Assembly (NCBI RefSeq): GCF_009914755.1
Contig: NC_060927.1
Source of the DNA: the human T2T-CHM13v2.0 reference genome, Homo sapiens
Direction: 5' to 3' (one strand)
DNA length: 64,000 bases
A program made the translations under genes and the position numbers. The notes under the pieces are model-generated. The model saw only the letters and a program-made list of their open reading frames with translations, did not search any database and was not told the origin of the DNA. Below, piece by piece: positions 25,998 through 39,837 of this stretch (position 1 is the stretch's first letter; every line of letters begins with the position of its first letter).

Positions 25998-26437
25998 TCA
26001 AAAATAAAGACAAGCATGTGGCTGACATTATTGCACCTAAATTGAAGCGCATGCAAAACATCTGCTGCCCATGAGATTTTGGTAAAATCCTCTCGTGCCA
26101 TTCAATTCTCTTTTCCTTCACCATGCATTCAGACTAATAAAAAGCATTTGCGAATTTTATAGCCTGTTATATTTGTTTCCAAAAGGACAGTTGGGTTTAT
26201 GACACATTTCAAATTTATTATAAACCTACAGACAGACACATATTATATGCTTTTCACTGTCATTCTTATCCATGAGCTACATTCTTTAGATAATCATTTA
26301 AATATCCTTATTTCCCTGGGGGAGCTTGACACTCCTCTTGGATTTAGATGCTATAAATCAAAGAAAAGTCTTTGTCTTTTCCGCAACTCTTTCTTATTTG
26401 AAGTGCCTTGACTGGTTACTATTTGGAGAAGGCAGCT

Positions 26438-26973
26438 GTATAGAATAATTGTCTGCCGACGGCCACTAGCAGTTTCTCCCCTCAAGAGGCAAAGTCTATT
26501 TTCTCTCCCTCTTAAATCTGGATTGGCCTTGTGCCTCGCTCTGACTGATAGAATGCAGTGAGAGTGACGCTCTTACCAGTTCTGGGCCTGGCAGCTTTGT
26601 CTCTCACCCACTTCCTACCTGGAGCTGTCATGTAAGGAAGTCCAGGCTGCCCTCCTAGAAATAGAGGCCCTGGAGGAGAAGAGACCATGGAGAGAGAGAG
26701 GCAACGTGCAAGAAAACTGGGTGGCCCAGCCAACAGCCAGCATCATAACCCCAGACATGAGAGTGAACTCATTTTGGACCTTTTAGCACAGACCAGCTAA
26801 ATGCAACTGCACAAATGAGCCTCGCCAACATCACATGAGCAGGGCTAAGCCATCCCCAAGGGTCTTTCCCAAATTCCTGACCCGCAAAATCATGACCAAT
26901 AAAAAAAGCTCTTGTTTTAAGCCACTAAATTTTGGGGTGACTTGTTATGCAGCCATAGATAACTGAGATAACA
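26438..26973 (+). mobile_element. MaLR LTR (MLT1F/G/H-like)
   Basis: Typical MLT1 3' end ttgttttaagccactaaattttggggtg...gcagccatagataactga. Confidence 0.8.
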
Positions 26974-27947
26974 AGTGTGGCTAAGTGAGCATGCAATAAA
27001 ACGTGAGTGGATTTTGGGGGAGGAATAAAATCTAATCAAATAAACCCATCATCAGGAGTGTCAAAAAAATTAGTGTTATCAGCTGACCTTCCTGACGTGT
27101 TTGTCAGGGCCCTTGATTGAACGCAACAGGCTAACTGGCTGATGCCATCGAACAAAACTTCTTAGATAATAAATATTCTGGTTCTTCAGCAGGCCACAAA
27201 ACAGGTTCCCTTCCACTTCTCTTAGAAACAGGTATGAGAGAAATGCAGAGGATCTGCTTATTTATAAAAGGTATGTTCTCTTATGTAACCCCATGGCATC
27301 CAGGTAAAATAACTGATTGAGAGGATGAAATAATTGAAGATCTATTCTTCCCGAAAAGATCAGATAAGGCTTAACGTGTTTACTCCATTTTTCATATGGG
27401 ACAAATAAATGAATATTTTAAAATGGAATCCTAGCCATAAAACTGACACTGAGATACAGAGTTTGGGGGTATGCTTTGGTAGCGGGTGACAGTGGTGGGG
27501 ATTATATCTCTTAGCTGTGTGCTAACCTTTAAGTTCTGCAAAGCATAGCTTACTGCCTCCTTATATATTGTCTTGCACTCTTCTCCAGCTCTCATTTCTT
27601 AGAAGCCATCACTGTTAAGCAGTGCTGCTTACAAAATCAAGTTAGCTAAGTCCCTGCCATCAGAGAGTTTATAATCTGATGGTATTGTTGACTGCTAGGT
27701 CCCCAGGATCTAGAACAGTGCCTGACAAATAGCAGGCATTCAATACATATTACTGAACGAATACATGATCAAATGAATGAACGGTTTTCTGTATGCAAAC
27801 CTCATTTTCCAGTCAAGGCTATAAGCAGCTCACAGGAAGCAGGCCACAGAGCCACAGACTATTGGAAGACAAAGGGATTTCGTGTCTTTGAGTGCAGTAG
27901 GTCAGGGTGAAGCCTGCCGGATCATCAGATCTGCCAGGTCAGAAACT

Positions 27948-28056
27948 TCTAGTGACCAACCACCCAGGTTTGGAACTCAGGGGTTTCCCAGGTCATGGGA
28001 CTTCAAGTGCTAAAATAGGAAAGTTCTGGAAAAATCAGGACAAATTGGCCACCCTA
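27948..28056 (+). mobile_element. MER81-like hAT MITE
   Basis: Terminal inverted repeats ...gtgaccaac / ttggccacccta with gggacttcaagtgctaaaa core. Confidence 0.7.
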
Positions 28057-28266
28057 ATTGTAATTCTAGTTTCTAAATGCACACTTAGAACCTTTTGCAT
28101 GCCGTATAGCTAAGCTATATGAGAACCTACTACAGTATGCACCAGGGAATAACTTGAGTGGTTCAAATGCATCAACTCATTTGATCCTCCCTACAGCCCT
28201 ATGAGGCAGAACTATTAAAATCTTTTCTTTCTATAAAATAGAACACTGAGGTGCAGAAGGAAGTAA

Positions 28267-28622
<356 letters not shown>

Positions 28623-29589
28623 CAGAACTCACACTTTAAACCAGCACTCTCGTATACTTTATTATAGTAGATTCCCAGCTCCTTCTCAAAATTTGTTTTA
28701 AACCTCATTCTTTTATTTGTATTCATAACACCTTTCACAGTTTCCAGTTATTTTTAGATTTTGTCAGCCCATTTTGTATCTGACTCTTTCTAATAGTAGG
28801 GCTGGAGCCTGAGGCCAGGGACCTCCACTCTACCCCTCAGGGTCTCTCACAGCACCTGGCATGAGAAAGGCTCAGGACAGATATGCGGAATGAATGCAGT
28901 AGACATGAAACCTCTAGGTTGACTGAAGGACTGATTGAGGTAGATTTCTAGCTCAAAGGGAATCTAATATTAACCAACATCTACCATGTTTCAGCCATCA
29001 TCCAGGTAAAAACGCTGGCCAAACTTGGGCTTCAAGGGGATTAATTTGGCCTGAAGTGTTTATTTTTAAAAATTTGAATTTGACCTGCCTTTAGGAGGTA
29101 GGCATCTGCTGTCTTAATTTATATTTCCTGCCTGCCCACCCCACCAGGCATTTGAGTTTGCAACTATGATCCCAGCCTTTCTCTAACACTCATTCATTTA
29201 TCCTTTACAGCAAGCCTCTGTAGTAGGCATTTCCGTCGGCTGTTTATAAATAAGAAAACTGAAGCTTGGAAAGCATAGGTAACCTGGCCAAGGTCAAAAA
29301 CTTATGAAATGGGGAATAGTACTCAACTCAGGGCTGACTCCTCTTGCTATATCCACTCCTTCACTCCTCAGCCACTAAGTTCCTCTAGCCAACACATGAA
29401 TGAGAGACCTATTACTTCTCAGTCAACATATCTGTTTTACAAGAGTGTGGCTTCTACACAGAGTTTGACTCCACCTGCATTCAATACAGTCAATCCAAAT
29501 GTGTCCCAGGGTCTCCTAAATGTTTCTCTCCCATGATTCACCACCTCTCCCATGCCCCCCAGTAGAACATGGTGTTCTGGAAGCTAAGT

Positions 29590-30059
29590 AGGAGGGATAG
29601 TTCACTGTGGGAAATGCTTTTGGAAGATCTAGGTGAAAACTAAGAACTGATCATTGGATTTAGCATCAGATTTATTGTAACCTTGACGATGGCTCTTTTG
29701 GTGAAGTAGAGAGAACGAAGGCAAGATTAGAGTATTAAAGAGAGAACTGAAGGTAATAATAATTTGGCACAATGATGACAGCCTTTTTGAGGAGTTGTGT
29801 TATCAAAGCTAACAGAGAAATGGGATGATCGCTGGAGAGGGAAGTGGAGTCAGGAGAGTTTGTTTTATTTTGAGATGAGAGAAATAACATGGCATTTTTA
29901 ATGATGGAAATACATTTGTAGAGAACAGAAAAAAATCAATAATGTACTAAGGGAAGGGGAGAAATGTGAGAGCAATATTCTTGAAAAGCCAAGAGTGGAC
30001 AAGGGGAGAGGATGATTTTACCTTGGACCAAAGAGTCTTAAAGAAGCTGGAAGGCAGAT
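29590..30059 (-). mobile_element. L2 internal fragment (resumes ~33310-33700 beyond Tigger1)
   Basis: cattggatttagca...tttttgaggagtt...gagaaatggga...gctggagaggga resembles L2 ORF2 antisense. Confidence 0.55.
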
Positions 30060-31265
30060 TACAGGCACACCTTGCATATATTTCAGGTTTGGTTCCATAC
30101 CACTACAATAAAACAAATATTACAATAAACAGAGTCACAAATATGTTGGCTTCTCAGTGCATACAAAAGTTATATTTACATTGTTCCATAGTCTATTAAG
30201 CGTGCAATAGCGTATGTCTAAAATAAAAGTACATATCTTACTTTAAAGATGTTGTATTGCTAAAAAATGCCAATGATCATCTGAGCCTTCAGCAAGTTGT
30301 AATCTTTTTGCTGGTGGTGGGTCTTGCCTCAATGTTTGATGGCTGCTGACTTATGAGGGTGGTGGTTGCTAAGGCTGAGGTGATTGTGGCAATTTCTGAA
30401 AATAAGACAACAGTAAAGTTTGCTGCATAGACTGATTCCTCCTTTCGCAAGATTTCTCTGTAGCGTGTCATGCTATTTGATAGCATTTTACCCATGGTAG
30501 AACCTTTAAAATTGGAGTCAATCCTCTCAAATCCTGCCTCTGTTTTATCAACTAGGTTAATGTGAAATTCTAAATTCTTGGGCATTTCAACAGTGTTCAG
30601 AGCATCTTCACCAGAAGCACATACCATCTCAAGAAACCACTTTCTTTGTTTATCCATAAGAAGCAACTCTTCACCTGCCCATGTTTGAGCATGAGATTGC
30701 AGCAATTCAGTCACATCTTCAGGCTCCACTTCAAATTCCTGTTCTCTTACTATTTCCACTGCATCTCCAATTCCTTCCTCCACTGAAGTCTTGAACCCCT
30801 CAAAGTCATCCATGAGGGTTGAAATAAATTTCTTCCAAACTCCTGTTAATTTTGAAGAACATTCACGGCTTCTAAAATGGTGAACCATTTCAAGAAGATT
30901 TTAGATTTACTTTGCCCAGATCCAGTAGAGGAATCACTATCTATGGCAGCTGAAATACATTATGAAATATAGTTCTTAAATAATAAGACTTGAAAGTTGA
31001 AATTACTCCTTGATCCATGGGCTGCAGAATGGATGTTGTGTTAGCAGGCATGAGAACATTCATCTCCTTGTACATCTTCATCTGAACTCTTGGGTGACCA
31101 GGAGCATTGTCAATAAGCTGTGATATTTTGAAAGAAATCTTTTCCTCTGAGAAGTAGGTCTTAACAGTTGGCTTGAAATATTCAGGAAATCATGCTGTAA
31201 ACAGATATGCTATCATCCAGGCTTTGTTGTTCCATTTCTAGATCAGAGGCAGAGTAGATTTAGCA

Positions 31266-31267
<2 letters not shown>

Positions 31268-31300
<33 letters not shown>

Positions 31301-31415
31301 TAGAGACGGGGTTTCACGTATTAGCCAGGATGGTCTTGATCTCCTGACCTCGTGATCCACCTGCCTTGGCCTCCCAAAGTGCTGAGATTACAGGTGTGAG
31401 CCACCGTGCCTGGCC
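31268..31415 (-). mobile_element. Alu left arm only (Y/Sc-type diagnostics) with long poly-A
   Basis: T31 then agtagagacgggg...gacctcgtgatcc...tggcc; TSD AGCATC at 31262-31267 and 31416-31421. Confidence 0.9.
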
Positions 31416-31985
31416 AGCATCATTCTTAAAAACTCTAAGGTTATCAGAATGGTCAATGAGCAATGGTTTCAACTTAGAAAGTCATCAGCTTCATTGACCC
31501 TAACCAAAAAATCATCCCGTCCTTCAAAGCTTTAAAGCCAGGCATTGATGTTTCTTCTCTAGCTAAGAAAGTCCTAGATAGCATCTTCTTCCAATAGAAT
31601 GCTGTTTCATCTACACTGAAAATCTATTGTTTAGTGTAGGCACTTTCAGCTATGATCTTAGTTAGATCTTCCTGGATAATTTGCTGCAGCTTCTCCATCA
31701 GCACTTGCTGTTTCACCTTGCACTTTTATGTCATAGAAATGGCTTTTTCCTTAAACCTCATGAACCAACCTCTTCTAGCTTCACACTTTTCTTCTGTAGC
31801 TTTATCACCTCTGTCAGCCTTCACAGAATTGAAGAGAGTTAGGGCCTTGCTCTGGATTGGGCTCTGGCTTAAGAGAATGTTGTGGCTGGTTTGATCTTCT
31901 CTCCAGACCACTTACACTTTCTCCATATCAGCAATAAGGCTGCTTAGCTTTTTTTTAATCATTCCTGTGTTCACTGGGGTAGAAC

Positions 31986-32319
31986 TTTTTCTTTTTTTCT
32001 TTTTTCTTTCTTTCTTTCTTTTTTTTTTTTTTTTTTTGAGAAGGGGTCTTACTCTGTCACCCACGCTGGAGTGCAGTGGCGTGATCTTGACTCACTGCAG
32101 TCTTTGCCTCCCAGGCTCAAGCGATCCTCCCACCTCAGCCTACTGAGTAGTTGAAACCACAGGCATGTCCCACCAAGCCCGGCTAATTTTTTGTATTTTT
32201 GGTAGAAACAGGGTTTCGCCATGTTCCCCAAGCTGGTCTTGAACTCCTGAGCTCAGGAAATCCACCCACCTCGGCCTCCCAAAGTGCTCGGATACAGGTG
32301 TAAGCCACTGCGCACGGCC
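31986..32319 (-). mobile_element. AluJ inserted in Tigger1
   Basis: Reverse Alu; TSD TGGG(G/A)TAG(A/C)ACTTTT. Confidence 0.93.
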
Positions 32320-32906
32320 TGGGATAGCACTTTTAATTTATTTCAAGAACTTTTCCTTTGCATTCACAACTTGGCTAACTGGTGTAAGAGGCCTGGCTTT
32401 CAGCCTATCTCAGCTTTCAACATACCTTCCTCACTAAACTTCTTATTTCTAGCTTTTGATTTAAAGTGAGAGATGTGTGACTCTTCCTTTCACTTCAACA
32501 CATGGCGGCCAGTGGACAGTTATTCATTGGCCTAATTGCAATATTGTTGTGTCTCAGGAGATAGGAGGTCCAAGAAGAGGGAAAGAGACTGGGAAATTGT
32601 GGCTGCTGGAGCAGTCAGAACATACGCCACATTTATCTGTTAAGTTTACCATCTTCTATGGCATGGTTTGTGGCGTCTCCCCACAATAACAACAGTAATA
32701 TCAAAGATTACTGATCACAGATCACTAAAACATACATAATAATAAAGAAACAGTTAAAAATATTGTGAGAATTACCAAAATGTAACAGAGACACAAAGTG
32801 AACACACGCTATTGGAGAAATGGCACTGACAGGCTTGCTTGATGCAGGATTGTCACAAACCTTCCATTTTTTTTTAAAGCATTATCTGCAAAGCATAATA
32901 AAATGA

Positions 32907-33311
<405 letters not shown>

Positions 33312-33751
33312 TAGAAGGCAAGATCATTGGCTGAGAGGGAGAATAAGTGATGGAGGTTCAAGGAAACATGAGAAGGTAAAATAGAAGATGTGGCTGTAAA
33401 GAGGCATGCTTGATTGTAAAGGGGTTGCTATTATTAGCAAGGTAAGGTATGACTGTGGGAGCAAGAAGCTGAGAATAGAAGAGCAAGGTCAAGCACTCAA
33501 TAAATGTTTGTCAAATGATGAATGAAAACAAAATCACTGGAGATGATGTGATTCAAAATGTGGGAGGCCAGGAGAGTGAAAAGATCATTTGCATGGTTAT
33601 GAAAATTACCAAGAATTATGACAGAAAGATTACTGTGAGAGTGAAAGTGGGTCAAGAGTTAAAATCTTTTTGAGGGTCAGTAGATGAGTGCTACAAGGTA
33701 CCAGAGGGTTTGGGGGGGTGTGGATGAGAGAATCTGAAGTCATAAGATTGA

Positions 33752-34087
33752 GCCAGGAACAGAGGGTCATGCCTGTAATCCCAGCACAGGAGGCTGAGTC
33801 AGGAGAATCCCTTGAGCCAAGGAGTTTGAGACCAGCCTGGGCTACTTAGTGAAACCGTGTCTCTACATTAAAAAATAAATAAATAAAATGTAAAAAACTT
33901 AGTTAGGCACTGTGGTGCATGCCTATAGTCCCAGCTACTCAGGAGGCTGAGGTGGGGGGAATCACCTGAGCCTGGGAGGTCAAGGCTGCAGTGAACCATG
34001 ATTGCACCACTGCATTCTGGAGCCTGGGTGACAGGGTGAGACCCTTCTCAAAAAAAAAAAAAAAAAAAGAAAAAGAAAAAGAAAAAA
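33752..34087 (+). mobile_element. AluJ
   Basis: Divergent Alu consensus with A-rich tail. Confidence 0.9.
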
Positions 34088-34310
34088 TATTATTTATTAA
34101 GAAAATTATAAAGAAGATAAAATATATTTACTACTTAAGTGCTAGTGGATCATCATAAAGGTCTGTATTCTTGTCTTCATACTGAGTAGGCTAGAAGGAG
34201 GATAGAGAGGAGGAGTTGGTCTTGCTGTCTCAGGGGCAGCAGGGGCAGAAGAAAACCCATGTATAAGTTGACCTGCGCTGTTCAAACTCATGTTATTCAA
34301 GGGTCAACTC
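34088..34310 (+). mobile_element. Tigger2a/MER28-like fragment
   Basis: Ends gttcaaactcatgttattcaagggtcaact, matching the Tigger2 terminus. Confidence 0.75.
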
Positions 34311-34450
34311 CACTGTACTCCACCATTGTATCGCAAAAGCAGCCATAGGCAACATGAATATGAACTTATTCATTTAGAATATGTGTAAGTGCATTCCAAT
34401 AAAACTTTATTTACAAAAACATACTGCAGGCCTGCAGGTGGAAATCTGCT
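34311..34450 (+). mobile_element. MER58-like hAT fragment
   Basis: aaagcagccatag...ttccaataaaactttatttacaaaaaca. Confidence 0.7.
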
Positions 34451-34571
34451 TACTGCAGATCAATACTGCTGAAAAAGCCCAGCTAGGAGAAGGTCTAATG
34501 AACAAAAACAGAACATGCTTGTCTGAGGACCAAGAATAAGAAGGATATAAACTTAGGATCCTGGTTGCAAG

Positions 34572-34708
34572 CAGAGTGGCCATGTATAGTTGTGAAGTTT
34601 GTTCACTGCACAACCCCAGGGGGCACTAGTCACATAGATTCCAATGTCAGTGACTACCCTAGAAGCTGTGCAGGGCATAATCTTTATAGCCACATTTGAC
34701 AGTCCTAG
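34572..34708 (+). mobile_element. MER91-like hAT element
   Basis: tagttgtgaagtttgttcactgcacaa...gggggcac...ctgtgcagggcataatc. Confidence 0.55.
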
Positions 34709-36559
34709 TTGCAAGCATAGTAACTTCAAGGATTTTATATAATGAAAGAGTTAATAGGAGCCTCAAGCCTGAGAAGATATCTCTACTCTTTCTAGAAAAA
34801 CAATCATTGCTTTTATTGAGCACCTGGCTTAGGAATATATAAACATTATCTCATATAATACTCCTAGCATTGCTGTAAGTTATATTTTCCTCATTTTGCT
34901 TTAAGGTTCAGAAAGGCTGAGCAATTTGCCTAATGTACCCAGCTAGTAAATATCTAAACCAAGGTTTACCTGACTCCCAAGTCTGTATTCCTCCTATTCT
35001 CCTCTCCTTTCAAACTGGTTACAAGGTTCTTTAATGATGACCTAGTCAAACATATATTAAACATTTTCTTCTGGAAACCTAATTAAAGGTAATTATATAC
35101 CTTACAAGACACTAAAAATATGGCAGGCACGCCAACAAAGCAGACAGTTCTTATTATATCAATGTCTTTATGGATTTGGATTCTGTTCAGAAAAGCTCAG
35201 GCTCAAAAGGTAATTGCTGGCAGCATGCAAACTCCATCAACCCATAATTAACATATGACAATTATTCTAATTGCCTCAAACAACATTTCTATGTTTTTAA
35301 TTGTAGAGCAATTTGCCAATAGCATTGTTAATTGGCAATTTATATTTTAAACATGCAAAGGACAATGGGTCCTTATTTCCTCTGAGGCAACTGCATGCAT
35401 TAATTGAATTTTAAAAATACGTTTTCTTCTTTTCTCTGACCCCAGGACCTCCTTCAGATGGTTCTCATTGCAGTTCCTTCTGGCCAAAGTGTGTTTTCTC
35501 TAGGTAACTTAATCTTCCTTTAGCACTTTAATACATTTTCCTAACAATTCACTTAGACCAGATCCTTGTTTCTCTCTAGACACCCTGAGCAGGGCTCCTG
35601 TTGACTTCAAAGGGAAAATAGTGGGTGCAGGGAAAACTAGGAATCTGGTTCCTGGTTCAAAAAACCTCCACACACTATAAAACCTCACTGGTGTCTTCCT
35701 GTGTGTTAAGGGCCAATTAATACATGTGATTGAAGCCTTTGTATGAAACCACCCTGGCAACTTGTGAACTTGCTGGGAAGCACAGCAGCCAATACAAAAC
35801 AATGTTTCGTGGACCCAGTTCCCATATAGACCCCCCATTTACTCATAGGGAGGGAATGAGAAGAGTAGGAATTGCCTCAAAAGGCAGAAAAGCAATAAAG
35901 ACAGCCATTGACTCTCTCTTTCACTGTCTCCTCCTCTATTCCTTCAACACACAATTATAAACCACTTTGAACCAAACACTTGGCTAAGTATCAAAGATTA
36001 AAATTAATTTATCACCCAAGTATCAACTCCCAGCCCCAACATTAAGGGTCACTTTCCTCTGTTTGGGAACGAGGTGGTATGCCTTAAAGCTACATGAGAC
36101 AGCCTGGCACAGCTCCTCAATGTTACAGAATCTTCCCTTTGACCTGCTGGCTGTCACCTGGAGCTTCCAAACTCAGCCCTGCCATGGGATGCTGCTTCTC
36201 GATGTGGACGTTAGTGGAGGGGAGCAGGATGGGCAAGGTACCTTTAGCTTGTCCCTTCTTGACCCCACTGAAACCAGGACCAGGACCAAGACCTCTACCT
36301 TGTAAAGTTGTTCTAGAACATGAGAATTTAGGGATGACCTAGAAGTGACTGTGATGGAAATTGAAAGACAAAACTTTTAATAATGTCAAACTCTTTTTAA
36401 CTTAATATAACTGCTCTCCATAGACAAGGGGAAAGGAGAGAAAATCCAATACCTTAACAGAGATTTCTAGCCTGGCATTGTTTCTCAGACTTCTGGGCAC
36501 CCTGGTCCCAAGACCATCTCCTGCAAATACAGTGGAGCTGAACTGTGAATCCATATTAA

Positions 36560-36670
36560 CTGAGGAGCTCTACCTGGACCAATTAAATCAGAAAATCTGG
36601 ATATGGGCCCTAGGCATCAGTATATATTTTTCTTTCCCCAGGTGATTTTAATATGCAGCTAGGATTGAGG
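36560..36670. mobile_element. MER5-like hAT MITE fragment
   Basis: aatcagaaaatctgg...ccccaggtgattttaatatgcagc. Confidence 0.65.
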
Positions 36671-36784
36671 CTCCTTGCCCTTGGATAGGTCCTGTCCCAC
36701 CACCAGGCCATGGGGTAGAGTAGGGGTGGGTGTGTGGGGGGACAATGTCAGCATAGGTCCCAAAGCTGGAATTATTCAGTCTAG

Positions 36785-37120
36785 ACCGGAGTTTGCACAT
36801 TGAAAGCCCACCCACAGGCTGGATCCAGCCAGCAGATGTGTTTTGTTTGGCCCGCATAGGGTTTTAAAAAAATGAATTACTTGCCAACATTTATTAATGA
36901 GAAATATATTGCAGAAAAATCTGGATATCTGGCTTCTTTTGGAAAATAGGAATATCTGACTATTCTTGGTCTGAATTTCTGTGTGACAACAATTGGCTGG
37001 AGGGAAGGAGCCACAAGCCCTTTAAGTACAGCCTGTGCTCTTGGGTTCACCATAGCCCTCACCACTCTCTATTATCTCACACCAGTCCCACCCCACTCAT
37101 TTACCTCCCTGACCCATGTA
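36785..37120 (+). mobile_element. MER102-like hAT element
   Basis: gcagatgtgttttgtttggcccgca...ttgccaacattt...aacaattggctgga. Confidence 0.7.
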
Positions 37121-37284
37121 GCTCTACCTAATGGGGCACAGGGAAAGAGAGGAAGCCTTGTTTCCCTTTGTAATACCCTCCCCATGAAGTGCAATCCAAG
37201 GACTGACATCCACAGGATAAGAATGGAGATAAACACAAGAGATTAATGAGAATTACAGAACAGAACTATTTTTCTATATACAAC

Positions 37285-38087
37285 TGAAACAGGAGAGTTC
37301 CCTGATTCCCCTCACAGGACATGCAACAAGGGTGTGGCTCAGCTGTTACCCCAACGGCTCAAACCCCTAGCGGAAACATGAGGATGGGCAGGTACAGAGG
37401 CTGGGGTGAGTGCTTTGGTCTCTCAGCTCTGTGGTATTGTCTAGGGGTGGGTGGGTGCCTGCACTCCAGTGTTACCAAGCTCTTTCAGCTTTGCCATCTG
37501 TAGACAGCTTGTGTGTTAATCAGCTCGATGGACCCTCTGCCTTACCGCAAGGGCAGAGGGCCAGTGTGACAGGCTTCTGTATCCTGAGCTCTTGCCCAGT
37601 GTCCCAAAAGAATCGGATCATATGTGGGCTAGAAGGATTAGTGCAAGGTTTTATTGAGTGATGGAGGTGGCTCTCAGTGAGATGGATGGGGAGCCAGAAG
37701 GGGGATGGAGTGGGAAGGCGGTCTTCCCCTGGAGTTTGGCCGCCCAGCAGCTGGACTACTCTCCTACTGTCCCCGGCCACACTCCCCTCAGCGTCCAGAA
37801 GTCCCTCTTCTCTCTCTGCTGTGTCATTCCTCTCTTTCTCTCTCTCATCGTTCTGCTGTTGCTGGTCTGTTGGTCTGCTGGTCTGCAGGTCTGCTCTGGA
37901 GCGTAGAGTTTGGGATTTATATGTGGGCAGGATAGGGGGTGTGGGGGGCCAAAAGGTAGCTTTTTGGGCACAAAACCAGAAATGCCTGTTCTCATTTAGG
38001 GCTATGGATATTCAGGCTTGAGGGTGGGGCCTTTGCCAGGGAACCACCCTCTTGTACCCAGTATTTCCCTGCCTCTTGTCCATATCC
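37285..38087 (-). mobile_element. ERV1 solo LTR (LTR1 family)
   Basis: Reverse of ...gacaagaggcagggaaatactgggta...ggcaaaggccccaccctcaagcctg; ~800 bp; 4-bp TSD CAAC at 37281-37284 and 38088-38091. Confidence 0.85.
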
Positions 38088-38989
38088 CAACTTAATCTGC
38101 CCAGGGCTCTGCCTACAATGGAGAGTACTTAATATTGTCATCACAGAGTAGGATTGATTTGAGGCCCAACCCATTTCTATCCTTACCTCCACCTCCGTTC
38201 TTGCTCAACCTCAGGTTTGAGCTTGCATAGGAAAAAATCCCACCCCACACCCTTAGAGTATCTACCCACTCAATGATAGACAGTTACCGTTTATCAGTGC
38301 CTTAGGCTAGGTCAGGTTGCCAGACCAGATGGTCCCACACCTGTCTTCCTGGACCAGTATTTCTCAATGTGTGACTTCCACACCTCCTGGCAGATTTCTG
38401 TGTCCCACTCCAGATTTACTGAATCTAGATATCTAGAGGTGGGACCAGGCATCCACATTTAATGTGCCCAGTGAGTGTTCTGCTCAATAATAGCAATAGC
38501 AGCTGCACTTACTATGTGCTTTACATGTATTGCATCTTCACAAAATCCTTGAGTTGGGTAGTAGCAGCGCCACTTTGCAGGTGAGGAAAACTGCAGCACA
38601 GAGAAGTTGAATAACTTGCCCAAGTTCACACCGCTGTAAGTAGCAGAGCTGAGATGAGGCTCATCTGTTCTAGTTGGTAAACCTCTGCTCTAAGCAATAG
38701 GGTGGCAAGTGATGAATTCGTGAGCCCCCAGGCCAAGTCGTTCAAGGAAGATGGGGTAGAGTTTGTCAATTACAATGATAAAACATAGGCCTTGCTTTCT
38801 GTTACTAGAAATTATTTTGAGGTAGAGACTAGACAAAAGCATCTTACCCATAACATATGGTAGCATATGATGAGATGACAAAAAATATCCTGTGTCCCAT
38901 AGGATCTGCTCTCTGCTTGTCTCTCAGACTTTAATTCCATCTTCCGTCTTTAATTCCAGCCTCTCTGCTGTCCTCCTGGTCCTTGTGCT

Positions 38990-39400
38990 GGGACTTAGCA
39001 TGTGTTGTTCCCTCTATCTGAATTGATGGTGGGTGGGATCTGGTTGGGGGTCGTCATTTGCCACACTCTGCCTTGGATCTCACAGACAGCTCTTTCTTGT
39101 GCCTCCAGCTCTGCTCAGCTCGGCTCTTGGCTTCTCAGAGAGGCCTTTCCTGACTTCCCTGGCTAAAGTTGCCTCTTTCCTCCTCCTAGTCATCTCTTTC
39201 TCATCAGCTTAAAAAATGAATAGCGCTTATTATCTTAAGAGTTTCATATTCATACTTAGTTTCTTTGCATAGAGTGGGTCTTCCTGTGCTAGAATATAAG
39301 TTCCACAAGAGCAAGGAGGTTGTCTGTGCTGCTCTTTGCTCTTTCTTCCATGTCTAAACGGTAAATGGCACATCGTAGGGTGAGTAATTGAGTAAATGAC
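38990..39400 (+). mobile_element. L2 3' fragment
   Basis: tcagagaggcctttcctgac...tagaatataagttccac...tggcacatcgtagg. Confidence 0.6.
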
Positions 39401-39837
39401 TAGGCAAAGCTCTCCCATCTCCTGTAGTACAACTCACATTTCCTTACAATGCTAAGTTAAGGGACTACAAAGATAAAATATTACCCAACTACTGCCCACA
39501 GGAATTTTAAGTTGTAGGAAAAACACAAAACAAAGCCTGATTTCTCTTTTCTAGAATAGAATAGTTTCCAGTGTACAAAGGACATGAATAGGATATGAAT
39601 TAGGATGGTGACAGGTGAATAATGTACATAATTCTTGGAGTTAGGCACTCTTTTTTTTTTTTTCAATGGAAGAAAAGAGCAGATTCATTGAAAGGAAAAT
39701 ACATTCCACATAGTGGGAGTGGGCTCAAGCAAGTGACTCAACAGCTTTTAGGCATACTTATTACTCAGAAAGTGAAATGTTCATCTTGGACAAAACTAAA
39801 GGTTTCTACATTTCCTTATGAAAAGCTTAAACAATCA

